Below the pieces are notes generated by a model, which was given only the letters and a program-made list of their open reading frames with translations, did not search any database and was not told the origin of the DNA. From contig CAUYUJ010000314.1 in the NCBI GenBank assembly GCA_963575745.1, positions 496,001-560,000 on the forward strand: 64,000 nucleotides of DNA, read 5' to 3'. The stretch's first letter is position 1, and each line of letters opens with the position of its first letter. This DNA is from Prorocentrum cordatum (taxonomy: Eukaryota). Below are positions 34,052 to 52,800 of the stretch, in pieces. Both the position numbers and the translations under genes were made by a program.

Positions 34052-35247
34052 GGTATGATGAAGTGATGTGATGAATGGTGATCGGGGCGGGTTGGCCCAC
34101 CGAGGGCTCTGCTGGGCCCGGGGGGGGGCCCTTCTTGAATGTTTCGGGGGGGCCGTTTCGGCGACTTTCTCGTGCAAAAAATAAGGGAAAACTGAGCCGA
34201 GTTAAGAAAAACTCGGCTGAGTTATGAATTGCAAAAACTGCAACCGAAGAACACCAAACAATGACATCTAAGGGGCCCAAGGGGGCCCCCATACTGCCCA
34301 AGAATCCTCCAGGACGGCCCCAAGAAGGCCCGAAAACCAAAGAAATCCATCTAAAGAGCCCAAAAGCGCCCCAAGATCGCCCAAGAATCCTCCAGGACAG
34401 CCCCAAGACGGCCCGAAACGCCTCCATGACGGCTCCAACACAGCCTGAGAGACCCCGAGGAGTCTCAGTAATGCCCCAAGACGGCCCGAAGAACCCCCGA
34501 GAGGTCCCGATACACCCCACATCGCGCACCCCAAGGACCCAACGAAGCCTCTGAGAGACCCCCCACCGCACGCCTTGAATAGCCCACCGAATGGTTTCCA
34601 CGAGCCCAGGAGAGGCGCTCACGAGGCCTTCCGCGTTGCATCTTTGGGAGGGAGGAGGAGGGAGGAAGGAAGGAAAGAAGGAGAGGGAGGAGGTTGACGA
34701 AGGAGGAAGAAGGGAGAGGCAGGAGGAGAAGAGAGGGAGGAGGTTGACGAGCGCAGGACGAGCGGGGGGGCGAGGGAGGAAGAGAGAGGGAGGAGGTTGA
34801 CGAAGACGACGACGACGACGACGAAGACGACGACAGGGGGCACACGTCACGGCCCCCTGCGCGCTCCCCGACGCATAACTGCCACGGGTGCTGGGCTGGC
34901 GCGACGGCGGGATTTGCAGCAGGATGCTGCGTATCTGTGTGCGAGCAGGAAGACTGCTCTCGCCAGAGGAAGCACGAACAGCGGCAGGACGAGGATGTTG
35001 GGAATGGGGGATGAAGCAAGTGCGGTTGCCACGCTATATAGAATCATACCCAGGAGGGAAGGGGGCGGCGGGGAGAGTTAGGGAGACGGGGGAGGAGGCG
35101 CGAGAACTGGGGAGGGCGAGAGGGGGGAGAAGCATCAGCAAGAAGAAAAAGAGGGGAAGTGGCGGGGCCTGCAGGGAGGGGAAGGGGGAGCGCTCGCGGA
35201 GCAAAAGGAAAGTGGATTTTTTTGGGGCTGCGCAGCAGCTGCGTGGA

Positions 35248-36279
35248 TCACCTGCGGGCGGGCTTCTTCTTGAGCATGTGTTTCTTCACCTTGCCCTGCG
35301 GCGAGGGCGCCTCGTCCCGATCTTTGCCGCCCCACGAGCCGGTCAAGTATGTCTGATAAATCTCCATCCCCTTACAGGCATTCTGCGATCCATCCGTAAC
35401 GAAGAAGTGTGGAAACATTTTCTTGGTGTCGTCTTCGAAAGTGATGGTCTTCGGCACCTGCTTGTACACGCGGTCGCACAACTGCTTCATGGTGTTCGTG
35501 CCGCGCGGCCCGCGCTGGCCGACGGCGTTCGCGATGCGCAGGAAGGCCGCCGAATTCTTCCCGCCCTTGATGTACCCTGCCAGGGTCTCCTTGTCCATCC
35601 TGCAGGTGAACACTGGGAAGGCGCATCCGGCGTCCCACAGTTGCAGGAACTCCAGCGTATGGCTGAAGATCAGCGTGCCGCCGAACAACTTCATGTTCTC
35701 CAATACAGAAACGAATTTGGCAGGCGTGTCCGCGAGGACGAGATCGTACAGCGTCTGCGGACTTTTCCATAAGGGCTGGAGCAGCGCGTCCAATGTATAG
35801 CCAGCGCCCCACGTCTTCTGTTCAGTGGTATGCTGGTTTCTCTTCCGCTTGGGGTTGGCCTTGATGCCGTACATCGGCGTCTCGTGCAGGCAGGTTTTCT
35901 CGTAGAAGGCCGCCCACACCTTGAAAGAATCGAGCAGGACCGACCCGTTTTCGGATAAGTACGACAGCGCCTTCTCGCTGCGCACGCAGAGAAAGTACAG
36001 GGCAGTGAGGACAATCATGGCCCTCGCGTGGGTGTCGCGCTGCACGCCGCCCCAGCTCCGCCACCACTGAGCGCCCATGTTATAGAAAGCATCGTCGCCG
36101 CCATCTTTGTACACTGGATGGAGGTTCAGGCCAAGCACTACGTCCTTGACGCAAAGACCCGAGAGAGGATTCACCAGAGTGACCAGGGCGTGCCAAAGCT
36201 CCAACGTCATCTCGCCGCCCTCGAAAGCAACGGGCGTTTTCCAGCCATCAAAAACTTTTAAAAAAACCAATGTTTTCAC
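35248..36279 (-). CDS. Uncharacterised ~340-aa protein with a basic NLS-like tail; true start uncertain
   Basis: Long, high-complexity ORF inside the TIRs, co-oriented with the other two genes; the 5' end runs into a T-rich repeat insertion. Confidence 0.7.
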   Translation of the reverse strand: MKTLVFLKVFDGWKTPVAFEGGEMTLELWHALVTLVNPLSGLCVKDVVLGLNLHPVYKDGGDDAFYNMGAQWWRSWGGVQRDTHARAMIVLTALYFLCVRSEKALSYLSENGSVLLDSFKVWAAFYEKTCLHETPMYGIKANPKRKRNQHTTEQKTWGAGYTLDALLQPLWKSPQTLYDLVLADTPAKFVSVLENMKLFGGTLIFSHTLEFLQLWDAGCAFPVFTCRMDKETLAGYIKGGKNSAAFLRIANAVGQRGPRGTNTMKQLCDRVYKQVPKTITFEDDTKKMFPHFFVTDGSQNACKGMEIYQTYLTGSWGGKDRDEAPSPQGKVKKHMLKKKPARR

Positions 36280-36700
36280 AACTTAGTCTGTCTGGGACTG
36301 GCCGGCCACCCAAGCCGAGTAAGTTGTGAAAACATTCGTTTTTTTTTTTTTGAGTTTTTTGTGACCCTCACAGGGATTAGTTGGATTTTTTTGGATTTTT
36401 TTGGATTTTCAATGGTTTTCCAATGTTTTTGGATTCCCAGCCCCCCGAGCCCCAGGCCGACTAAGTAGCGAAACGATTGCGTTTTTTTGGTTTTTTGGGA
36501 CCCTCACAGGGATTAATTGGATGTTTTTTGGATTTTTTTGGATTTTCAATGGTTTTCCAATGTTTTTTGATTCCCAGCCCCCCGAGCCCCAGGCCGACTA
36601 AGTAGCGAAAAGATTGCGTTTTTTTGAGTTTTTTGGGACCCTCACAGGGATTAATTGGGTTTGTTTTGGGTTTATTGGTTTTTCAATGGTTTTGGTGTTG
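36260..36700. repeat. ~140-bp tandem repeat x3 plus a 16-bp inverted repeat, probable secondary insertion
   Basis: GACCCTCACAGGGATTA recurs three times; AATGTTTTCACAACTT...AAGTTGTGAAAACATT at 36269-36336. Confidence 0.75.
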
Positions 36701-36745
36701 TTATCTCCGATTGCTCCTTCCTCCTCCTCCTCCTCCTCCTCCTCC

Positions 36746-36776
<31 letters not shown>

Positions 36777-36910
36777 ACTCCTCCTCATGGTTCAACGCAC
36801 GTGGGAGTTTCACACACGCATGGCAGCGGAACAACACATACAACCAACAGCAAACATGAGACACGCAACAACGCAGCAAACAAGTAGCACAACAAGTTAA
36901 ACGCAGCACA

Positions 36911-36945
36911 GCGAAAACACACAGGCTACCAAACAGCCCCTCAGC
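36911..36945 (-). repeat. Right terminal inverted repeat
   Basis: GCGAAAACACACAGGCTACCAAACAGCCCCTCAGC is the reverse complement of 29914-29948 with 4 mismatches. Confidence 0.9.
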
Positions 36946-42020
<5,075 letters not shown>

Positions 42021-42130
42021 CCGTGGTGTGTGTTACCACGCTTGAACGAAGGCAAGCGGTAAGGATTTGGGTTTGGGTTTGGGAAAGCGCCCGAACAGAA
42101 GAAAAACAAAAAAAACAAAAAACAAAAAAA

Positions 42131-42222
<92 letters not shown>

Positions 42223-43123
42223 TGATACGGATCCTTCTGGCAAGTGGAGCTCCTCAGAATTCGGCATAAGAAAAACATGTGAGAAGGATCCCTCTGGAAA
42301 GTGCAGCTCTTCTGGGATCGGCAGAAGGGGCGATTTGTCATATGGAATTGAAATAAGGGTCCCTCTGGAAAGTGGAGCACCTCTGGAACCAGCAAAAAAG
42401 GCAATTTGCCATACATAATGTGAATAAAGATCTTTGTGGAAAGTGGACTTTTTCGGAATACGGCAGAAAAGGCAAATCGTTATATCGAATGTTTAGAAGG
42501 ATCCCTCTGGAAAGTGGAGCTCTCGGGAAACCTGCAAAAAAATATGTCTTGCATAGGGTTATGGCAAAATGCCAATGGAAAGCGGAGTTCCTCTGGAAGG
42601 GTGGGCCGAAGGCCTGAGCGAGAATAATCGTGAACCCCTTGGGCCTTAGGAGGCCCTGGGCCCCAATAGCGACTTGCCGTGGCAGGCGGATGGGCCGAAG
42701 GCTAGAGTGAGAATAATCGTGAACCCCTTGGGCCTTGGGGGGCCCTGCACCCCGTGAGCGGCTTGCCGTGGCAGGCGGATGGGCCGAAGGCCTGAATGAG
42801 AATAGTCGTGAACCTTTGGGCCCTGGGAGGCCCTAGACCCAGGATGGGCTCAAGCAGGCCCGCTGCGGGGGGGGGGTCCTATAGCCTCCTGGGGCCTCCT
42901 GGGGGTTCCTGGGACCTCTTGGGGCCTCTTGGGGCCTCTTGGGGTCTGTTGGATGGGCTGGTGGGGGTCCGCGAAGCGTGAACAATTAAAACGGCATGCG
43001 GAAGTCACACGGAGTCGCGTTCCTGGAAAGAGCCAATATGCACGCACCTACGCCAACACACGCATATTCGCGCCATTTGACAGGGCTAATACATAGGCCC
43101 AGGCGTCAAGATATGCATATTCG

Positions 43124-44225
<1,102 letters not shown>

Positions 44226-44606
44226 CACCATCCATCATTAGGACTGCCATTACGATTACGACTACGACATTGATTGGCACGGAAACGATGATTTTCATGT
44301 TCATCCCACCATTGCTTAATCGTATCCCGTGCTCGTAGCTTGCCAGTGGGTGTTCCAGTGAGGGAGCTTGGGTCCTCGGAATCGGTGACCAATCGTTGCC
44401 CCCCATGGTGCGCCTTTCATGAATTCTGTAAAGTTGTTAAGGGCGTCCTGCCGCAAGGGCGTCGTGTCGTTTCCCACGACAAACACGTTTTCTTTGTTTT
44501 CCACGGTCGGCTAGTCCAGCACAACAAGGCGAATTGCGGGATTCGTTCAAGAGTTATCTCACGGCACATACACACACACACACGCAAACACCAATTGCGA
44601 TAATGC

Positions 44607-45314
44607 GTGTCGGCGGATAATTTGCACAGCATCGATGGGTGTTCGGCAGTTTCGGACAGTTGTGATGATCCTTATGTGAGGCATGTATGTTGCTCGACGT
44701 GCGCACGGGCTTCGAAAGTCAGCAGGGATGTTGAAGATACCATTGATCCTGCTGCTACGTTGGACATAATTTCGATTGGCGCCACCAACGTCAAGAAGGA
44801 ACACTTTGATCTCAACAGGCGCGGGGAGCATCTCCTGCTCAGGGTGCCATCCGACCCCGAGCTCCCCGCCTCGCTGCAAGTGCAAGGTCATGTTTCTGTA
44901 GACATCGGCCTCACGTGCAGGACTTACATATCCGACGTCACCTTAAGCGGAACGTGGCTCGACAAACAAATGGTGAGTTTCCGGCCGATGAGGAAGAACA
45001 AGTTCAACAAGGACCAGCCCTACCCTTTCGCGGCGAGGGTGTTCTCGTCCGAGGACATGAGCGGGCCGTGGAGGACGCCCGAGGCCTTCCCCCAGAAGGA
45101 GGAGGTGTCTGGCCTCGTGACAATCGGCCTCACGCGCTCGAAGGACGAGGAAAATGGCGGCGCCAACGAGACCTTCCTGCTCACAGTCGGTCCGGAGCCG
45201 AACACTGCCGCGATCCTCGTCTCCCAGGGGGCCCACGGCCTCCACGCCGAGCTGCACAGGCTTGGCGTCGGGCGGCCCAAGCCGCAGAGGAGCAGGAGGT
45301 TCGGCTGCGCGTAA
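44607..45314 (+). CDS. Possible terminal exon or gene fragment of unknown function
   Basis: 235-codon high-complexity frame with no clear start; Cys cluster CSAVSDSCDDPYVRHVCCSTC. Confidence 0.4.
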   Translation: MSADNLHSIDGCSAVSDSCDDPYVRHVCCSTCARASKVSRDVEDTIDPAATLDIISIGATNVKKEHFDLNRRGEHLLLRVPSDPELPASLQVQGHVSVDIGLTCRTYISDVTLSGTWLDKQMVSFRPMRKNKFNKDQPYPFAARVFSSEDMSGPWRTPEAFPQKEEVSGLVTIGLTRSKDEENGGANETFLLTVGPEPNTAAILVSQGAHGLHAELHRLGVGRPKPQRSRRFGCA

Positions 45315-45919
45315 GAGAGACCCTTCGCCGGAGTGACCGCTGCTGCGGGTCCACAGGGGTCCTCCCAGCATTGGCTTGCGCGATTGGATCTGGCCCCCAA
45401 GCGGCCCCCTGGAACCGCGCACCAAAGGGCACTCCCGCCCAGGGTCACTCTTGCATGTGGGCGAGAGGCGGGTGGAGGGGTGTGGTCGTCGGGGGGGGTC
45501 CAGGGTGCTGCCTTTTGGAGCTGCAGTGGCAGGGAGGCGGCGCCAGCAGGGCGGCACGACCACCGCTGTCTGCAGCATGGCATGGCTGCCTAAAAGATTG
45601 CCAGTGGTTCCCCGACCGATCCGCACTCTACTAGAGCGGCGCCAGACGCTATGGCGTTCCACCCGCCGACACCGCCCGACGCTCCCCCCCCCCCACGACG
45701 GGGAGCGGCAACCCGCCCCCTCGTTTCCCCTCCTTCCCTGCCGGGCTGGTCGCCTCTGCCTGCAGCATCGGCTTCCCTGTCTGTTCCTCCTCCTCCTCCA
45801 TTTGCTCCTCCACCTCCCTCTCAGACCCTCAGACCAGAAGCAGCGACGACAGGTCACCAGCAACCGCTAACACCAATGACAATCACCGACCAACACCACC
45901 AGGCAGAGCAGAACGGCCG

Positions 45920-46800
45920 CACACACATCACAATCGTTCATAAACATGCGCGGTCACTTTCAGCAGACGACCGCGTCAGCGAAGTGGTCAGGGGGCTCGA
46001 AATTGGTCGTTGAGGTTTCGCATTCATCAACGAAACGTTGAGAACAATGGCCGAGGAGTTTGGGACATCTTCGGAAGGACATGTCTTCGCCGGAGCCAAC
46101 ATCGACCAAATATGACACCGAGTTGTTGAGTCGTACATCGATGTTGGATCACCACACGTTCAGCGATTCTAAGCGTTTTTGCCCAGACTGGCCTCGGCAT
46201 CGGCATCACTGAAGAGAGGATGATTGAATTTACAATTCATGGCAGCATTCTTTTTTATTCTGAATACAGAGACCCGCACGCACAGCGCATGTACGATATG
46301 ATCCACGAGCTTCGCAGAGAGAGAGTGCCAAGACACAACATCATATGATATTCGCAGGGGATTTCAATGCACAGGCTGGAGCGTCCATCATTCCCGAAGA
46401 CGCAGACGACGACAATGCCATCAACTTCGATAACACCACCTCCTGACATGTTGGCCGACACGGGCACGCGGGCCAAAACTCGAGGGGCACTTGGCTACGT
46501 CATTGGGCAACTCAAAAGGGACACGTTCTTGCAAATGGATTTTACAGAAGGCCAGCGCACAAGCAGATCACATACACCAAAGGCGACCGGCACAAGCATG
46601 TCGACTAGGTACGTAATGTGAACCGCACGTTGTTCCGGTATTGCACCTACGCAGACGCCAATAACAGGATTGACGTCGGCTCCGACCACAAGGCTGTGAC
46701 CCTCGACGTGCGGAGACCGACCGGAGTATTGAGCAGACGGCCGCGACACGACGACGAAAGACGTCAGCAATACCACGCCCTTCCACCCGAATCTTCAGCC
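45920..46800 (+). pseudogene. Decayed APE endonuclease of a non-LTR retrotransposon
   Basis: HARSL...INETLR, IFAGDFNA (GDFNA at 46357-46371) and GSDHKAV (~46680), with stops and frameshifts. Confidence 0.8.
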
Positions 46801-46804
46801 AACA

Positions 46805-49800
46805 GGATCGACCCACGAGCCCGGAAAGGAATATAGAAATGTAAGACATGGCAACGTTTCAAAGACACTCGATTGGGCGACGGGCACGTGCCATGCTGAG
46901 TGTATCGATCTTGGTGTACCGTGCCGAGGGCTGTGCTGTGCTGCGCCGTGCTGAACTGCGATGTGCCATGCCGCGATTGTGCTCTACAGCGTTGTGGAAC
47001 GAGTCCTCCTTTGCATCCGAGTCCTGACCGAACTGATCTGAACCTTAAGCTCGAGCTGCCTGAGCACATAGCAACTGCCCCAGAGCTAAGTGACAGGGGG
47101 GCATGCTAGGAAGACACGCCGCGGAAAGTTCCAAAGGGACGCGCCAGGCGACGTGACAGTGGACGTGCCATGGGGGCGCACCGCGGGACGTGCCTTCAAG
47201 GGGGCGCGCTACGGAACGTGCCAGTGGACGTGCCACGGGACGTGCCAGGGGACGCGCCGCGCGACGTGCCAGGGGGACTCGCCAAGGGACGCCCCGCGGA
47301 ACGTGCCAAGGAACGCGCCAGGTTGCAATGCTGAGTGTATCGATCTTGATGTACCGTGCCTAGGGCTGTGCTGTGCTGCGCCGTGTTGTGCCATGCCGCG
47401 ATTGTGCTCTATAGCGTTGTGGATCGAGTCCTCCTTTGCATCCGAGTCCTGACCGAACTGATCTGGATCGTAAGCTCGAGCTGCCTGAGCACATAGTCCA
47501 CACAGTAGCTGCCCCAGAGCTAATTGTCAGGGGGACATGCCAGGAAGACGCACCGCGGAACGTTCCAAGGGACGTGCCAGGGGACGTGCCAGGGGACGTG
47601 CCGCGGGGACGCACCGCGGGACGTGCCAAGGGGACGCGCTACAGAACGTGCTGGGGACAAGCGTCGTGTTGGTGGCCTGGGCACGTAAAAACACATGGTA
47701 CCAGTTCGGGACAACCATGTTAGATACCCTTTGGGTGGCCTGCACACGTAAGTATCCTGGCGAAGGGCCCAACCATACGCAATTCCGAATGCCGCCGTTG
47801 TAAGTATCGTCGTTGGTGGAACACCCGATGGGGCCACGAAGCGTGTGAGAGGTGCGCCAAATGGAGGTGGAACTGCATGCGGACCCTGCCTCTGGGGCCT
47901 TCGGTGGAGCACCCTGTGGGGCCGCGAAACGTGTGAGGGGTGCGCCGAAATGGAGGTGGAACTGCATGCGGACCCTGCCATTGGCGCCCTCGGTGGAGCT
48001 CCCTATGGGGCCGCGAAACGTGTGAGGGGTGCGCCGAAATGGAGGTGGAACTGCATGCGGACCCTGCCACTTGGGCCTTAGGCGGAGCTCTCTATGGGGC
48101 CACGAAACGTGTGAGGGGTGTGCCGAAATGGAGGTGGAACTGCATGCGGACCGTGCCACTTGGGCCTTAGGCGGGGCTCCCTATGACGCCACGAAACGTG
48201 TGAGGGGTGCGCCGAAATGGAAGTGGAACTGCATGCGGACCCTGCCACTTAGGCCTTAGGCGGAGCTCCCTATGGGGCCACGAAACGTGTGAGGGGTGCG
48301 CCGAAATGGAGGTGGAACTGCATGCGGACCCTGCCACTGGGGCCTCAGGTGGAGCTCCCTATGGGGCCACGAAACGTGTGAGGGGTGCGCCGAAATGGAG
48401 GTGGAACCGCATGCGGACCCTGACACTTGGGCCTTCGGTGGAGCTCCCTATGGGGCCACGAAACGTGTGAGGGGTGCGCCGAAATGGAGGTGGAACCGCA
48501 TGCGGACCCTGACACTTGGGCCTTCGGTGGAGCTCCCTATGGGGCCACGAACACGTGTGGGGCCTTCGGTGGAGTGCGCCGAAATGGAGGGGCGCATGCG
48601 GACCCTGACACTGGGGCCTTCGGTGGAGCTCCCTATGGGGCCACGAAACGTGTGAGGGGTGCGCCGAAATGGAGGTGGAACCGCATGCGGACCCTGACAC
48701 TTGGGCCTTCGGTGGAGCTCCCTATGGGGCCACGAAACGTGTGAGGGGTGCGCCGAAATGGAGGTGGAACCGCATGCGGACCCTGACACTTGGGCCTTCG
48801 GTGGAGCTCCCTATGGGGCCACGAAACGTGTGAGGGGTGCGCCGAAATGGAGGTGGAACCGCATGCGGACCCTGACACTGGGGCCTTCGGTGGAGCTCCC
48901 TATGGGGCCACGAAACGTGTGAGGGGTGCGCCGAAATGGAGGTGGAACCGCATGCGGACCCTGACACTTGGGCCTTCGGTGGAGCTCCCTATGGGGCCAC
49001 GGAACGTGTGAGGGGTGCGCCGAAATGGAGGTGGAACCGCATGCGGACCTTGCCACTGGGGCCTTCGGTGGAGCCCACTATGGGTCCACGAAACGTGTGG
49101 CCATGATGGAGACGGCGATGATGATGACGACGATGGTGATAAGAACGATGATGATGATGATGCTGATGATGACGGTGACGATGACGATGATGATGATGCT
49201 GATGATGAGAGGAGGAGGAGGAGGAGGGGGAGGAGGAGGAGAGGAGGAGAGACGCGGGGCACCGTCTCTTCAAAACGAGGACCCAACACCACAGGATGGT
49301 TGGGAAAAACACGTGGCTCCAGCTCGGGACAATCATGTTAGAGATCCCATTGCGTGGCTTGAGCAAGCCGAAAAAGACACGTGGTTCCAGCTCGGGACAG
49401 TCATGTAGATACCCCCTTGCGTGACTTGGATACGCTGAACTCGCGCTCCCGCTCAAGGCATCCTCGCAATGTCTTCCTTGGAGAGGCCCCCAAAGCGCAA
49501 CCCCCTGTTCAGAGCAAGAAAACGCTATTTTTCTGGATCGGGGGATGTGTTCGGGTAGCGCTGTTCGGCCCCCCGTGCGTTTTCTGATAATTCGGCGTTA
49601 GGCCCGACGCCATGTTAGATGCCCCCTTGGGTGGCCGGGGCGCGCAAAAACACGTGGTGCCAGTTCGGGACAACTATATTAGATACACCCAGGAGTGGCC
49701 TGGACATGTTAAAACACGTGGTCTTTGGTCGGGACAGTCATGTTGGATACCCCCTTGGGTGGCCAGGACATGTAAAAACACGTGGTTCCAGCTCGGGACA

Positions 49801-52800
49801 GCCATGTTAGATACCCCCTTTGCGTGGCCTGGATACGCTGAATTCGCGCTCCCGCTCGAGACATCCTCCCATTGTCTTCCCTGGAGAGACCCCCAAAGCG
49901 CCACCCCCTGTCCAGAGCAAGAGAACATCACTGGGACATGTGTTCGGGTAGCGTTTTTCGGCCCCCCGTGCGTTTTCTGATAATTCGGCGTTGGGCCGAC
50001 GCCATGTTGGATATCCCCACTGGGCGGCCTGGACACGTGGTTCCAGTTCGGGACAACGGTCCACTATGTTAGATACCCCCGTGGGTGGCCTGGACGCTTG
50101 AAAAAACACGGCTCCAGCGCAGGACAACCATGTTAGATACCTTTTTTGGGTGGCTTGAACATGTAAAAACACATGGCTCCAGCTCGGGACCAACATGTTA
50201 GATATACCCTTGGGTGGGCTGGACACATGAAAACACGTGATTCCAGCTCGGGACCACCATGTTAGATACCCTTTTGATGGCCTGCACACGTAAAAACACA
50301 CGGTTCCAGCCCACCCAGGGGGGATATCCAACATGCGGTCGTTTGAGGCGCCAGCGACGGGCAACCATGTTGGATAGCCCTTTGGCCGACTTGGGCACGT
50401 GAAAACAAGCATTTCGCCTGAGACATCCTCTGAATTCTGGCCCCCCACGAGGCCCCTGCTCGAGACATCCCCCAACTCTGCAAAACCAGCGCTTCGCTCG
50501 AGACATCCTCAACAATTTCTGGAGGAAAAAAGGGCGTTCCGCCTGATACATTCTCACAAATGATACAGTTGGCCCTTCCCGACTTCGATATTTATCATGG
50601 AGTAATTCCGCCAGCCTTCCCCCAACATAGCACGGGGGACAGTTTACAAACTAAAAGAGAACCTTGGGCCCGCGCCCTGTCCGGGAAACATGATTGACCC
50701 ACGAACCCGGAAAGGAATATAGAAATGTAACGCATGGCAGCGTTTTCAAAGACGCTTGATTGGGTGGCGGGCAAATGCAATGCTGAGTGTATCGATCTTG
50801 AAGTACCCTGCCGAGGGCTGTGCTGTGCTGCACGTGCTGAATTGCGATGTGCCATGCCGCGAGTGTGCTCCATAGCGTCGTGGTGCATCCAAGTCCTGAC
50901 CGAACTGATCTGGATCTGAAGCTCGAGCTGCCTGAACTCATAGTAGCTGCCCCAGAGCTACCCCAGAGCAAATTGACAGGGGGACATGCCAGGAGGACGC
51001 GCCGCGAAACGTCCCAAGGGACGCGCCAGGCGACGTGCCAGGGGACGTGCCATGGGGTTGAACCGCGGGACGTGCAAAGGGGACGCGCTACGGAACGTAC
51101 CAATGGATGTGCCACTGGATGTGCCAGGGGACGCGCCACGCGACGTCCCAGGGGGGCTCGCCAAGGAACGCCCCACAGAACGTGCCAAGGAACGCGCCAG
51201 GTTGCAATGTTGAGTGTATCGATCTTGAAGTACCGCGCCGAAGGCTGTGCTGTGCTGCACCGTGATGAATTGCGATGTGCCATGCCGCGATTGTGCTTCA
51301 TAGCGCCGTGGATCGCGTCCTCCTTTACATCCGAGTCCTGACCGAACCGATCTGGATCTGAAGCTCGAGCTGCCTGAACTCATAGTAGCTGCCCCAGAGC
51401 AAATTGACAGGGGGACATGCCAGGAGGACGCGCCGCGAAACGTCCCAAGGGACGCGCCAGGCGACGTGCCAGGGGACGTGCCATGGGGACGCACCGCGGG
51501 AGGTGCCTTCAAGGAGACGCGCTACGGAACGAGCCAATGGATATGCCACAGGACGTGCCAGGGGACGCGCCACGCGACGTGCCAAGGGGACTCGCCACAG
51601 GACGCGCCACAGAACGTGCCAAGGAACGCGCCAAGTTGCAATGTTGAGTGTATCGGTCTTGATGTACCGCGCCGAAGGCTGTGCTGTATTGCGCCGTGCT
51701 GAATTGCGATGTGCCATGCCGCGAGTGTGCTCCATAGCGTCGTGGATCGAGTCCTCTTTTGCATCCGAGTCCTGACCGAACTGATCTGGACCTTGAGCTC
51801 GAGCTGCCTGAGCACATAGTAGCTGCCCCAGAGCTAAGTGACAGGGGAACATGCCAGGAGAACGCGGCGCGGAACGTCCCAAGGGACGCGCCAGGCGACG
51901 TGCCAGGGGACGTACCATGGGGACGCACCGCGGGACATGCCTTCAAGGAGACGCGCTACGGAACGTGCCAATGGACGTGCCACAGGACGTGCCAGGGGAC
52001 GCGCCACGCGACGTGCCAGGGAACCTCGCCACAGGACACGCCACGGAACGTGCCAAGGAACTTGCCAAGTTGCAATGCTGAGTGTATCGGTCTTGATGTA
52101 CCGCGCCGAGGGCTGTGCTGTGCTGCACCGTGCTGAATTGCGATGTGCCATGCCGCGATTGTGCTCTATAGCGTCGTGGATCGAGTCCTCCTTTGCATCC
52201 GAGTCTTGACCGAACTGATCTGGACTTTGAGCTCGAGCTGCCTGAGCACATAGTAGCTGCCCCAGAGCAAATTGACAGGGGGACATGCCAGGAGGACGCG
52301 CCGCGGAACGTCCCAAGGGACGCGCCAGGCGACGTGCCAAGGGACGTGCCATGGGGACGCACCGCGGGACGTGCCAAGGGGACGCGCTACGGAACGTGCC
52401 AATGGACGTGAAACAGGACGTGCCAGGGGACGCGCCGCGCGACGTGCCAGGGGGACTCGCCACAGGACGCCCCACGGAACGTGCCATGGAACGTACCAAG
52501 TTGCAATGCTGAGTGCCTGGGCGACCTGGACACGTGATAACAAGCGTATCTCTCGAGACATTCTCAACATATCCTCATGTTAGGCATCCGTTTGGGCAAC
52601 CTGGACAACTGCAAACAAGCATCTCGATCGAGACTTCGTCAACACATCCTCATGCTAGACATCCTCCTGGGCGACGAGGACGCGCGAAACCAAGCGTCTC
52701 GCTTGAGACATCCTCAACAAATCCTGGCGCTAGACCTCTGCCTGGGCAATCTGGAGGCATGCTACCAAGCGTCTCGCTCGAGACATCCTCAACACATTCT

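Larger units (their letters stand above)
29914..36945 (-). mobile_element. 7.0-kb TIR DNA transposon (Merlin/IS1595-like) carrying an SF3 helicase and a third gene
   Basis: 35-bp TIRs (31/35 identical) directly abut (CTA)n on both sides; flank phase is compatible with an 8-bp TSD TACTACTA; encloses a transposase ORF. Confidence 0.88.

Noticed and set aside
29914..36945. Bacterial IS1595 or contaminant contig
   Set aside because: DinoSL relics precede the genes, host-type CCCAAG repeats occur inside (~34260-34560), and the flanks are host microsatellite.
42062..42083. Telomeric repeat
   Set aside because: Only about three GGTTTG units, not the TTTAGGG repeat reported for dinoflagellates.
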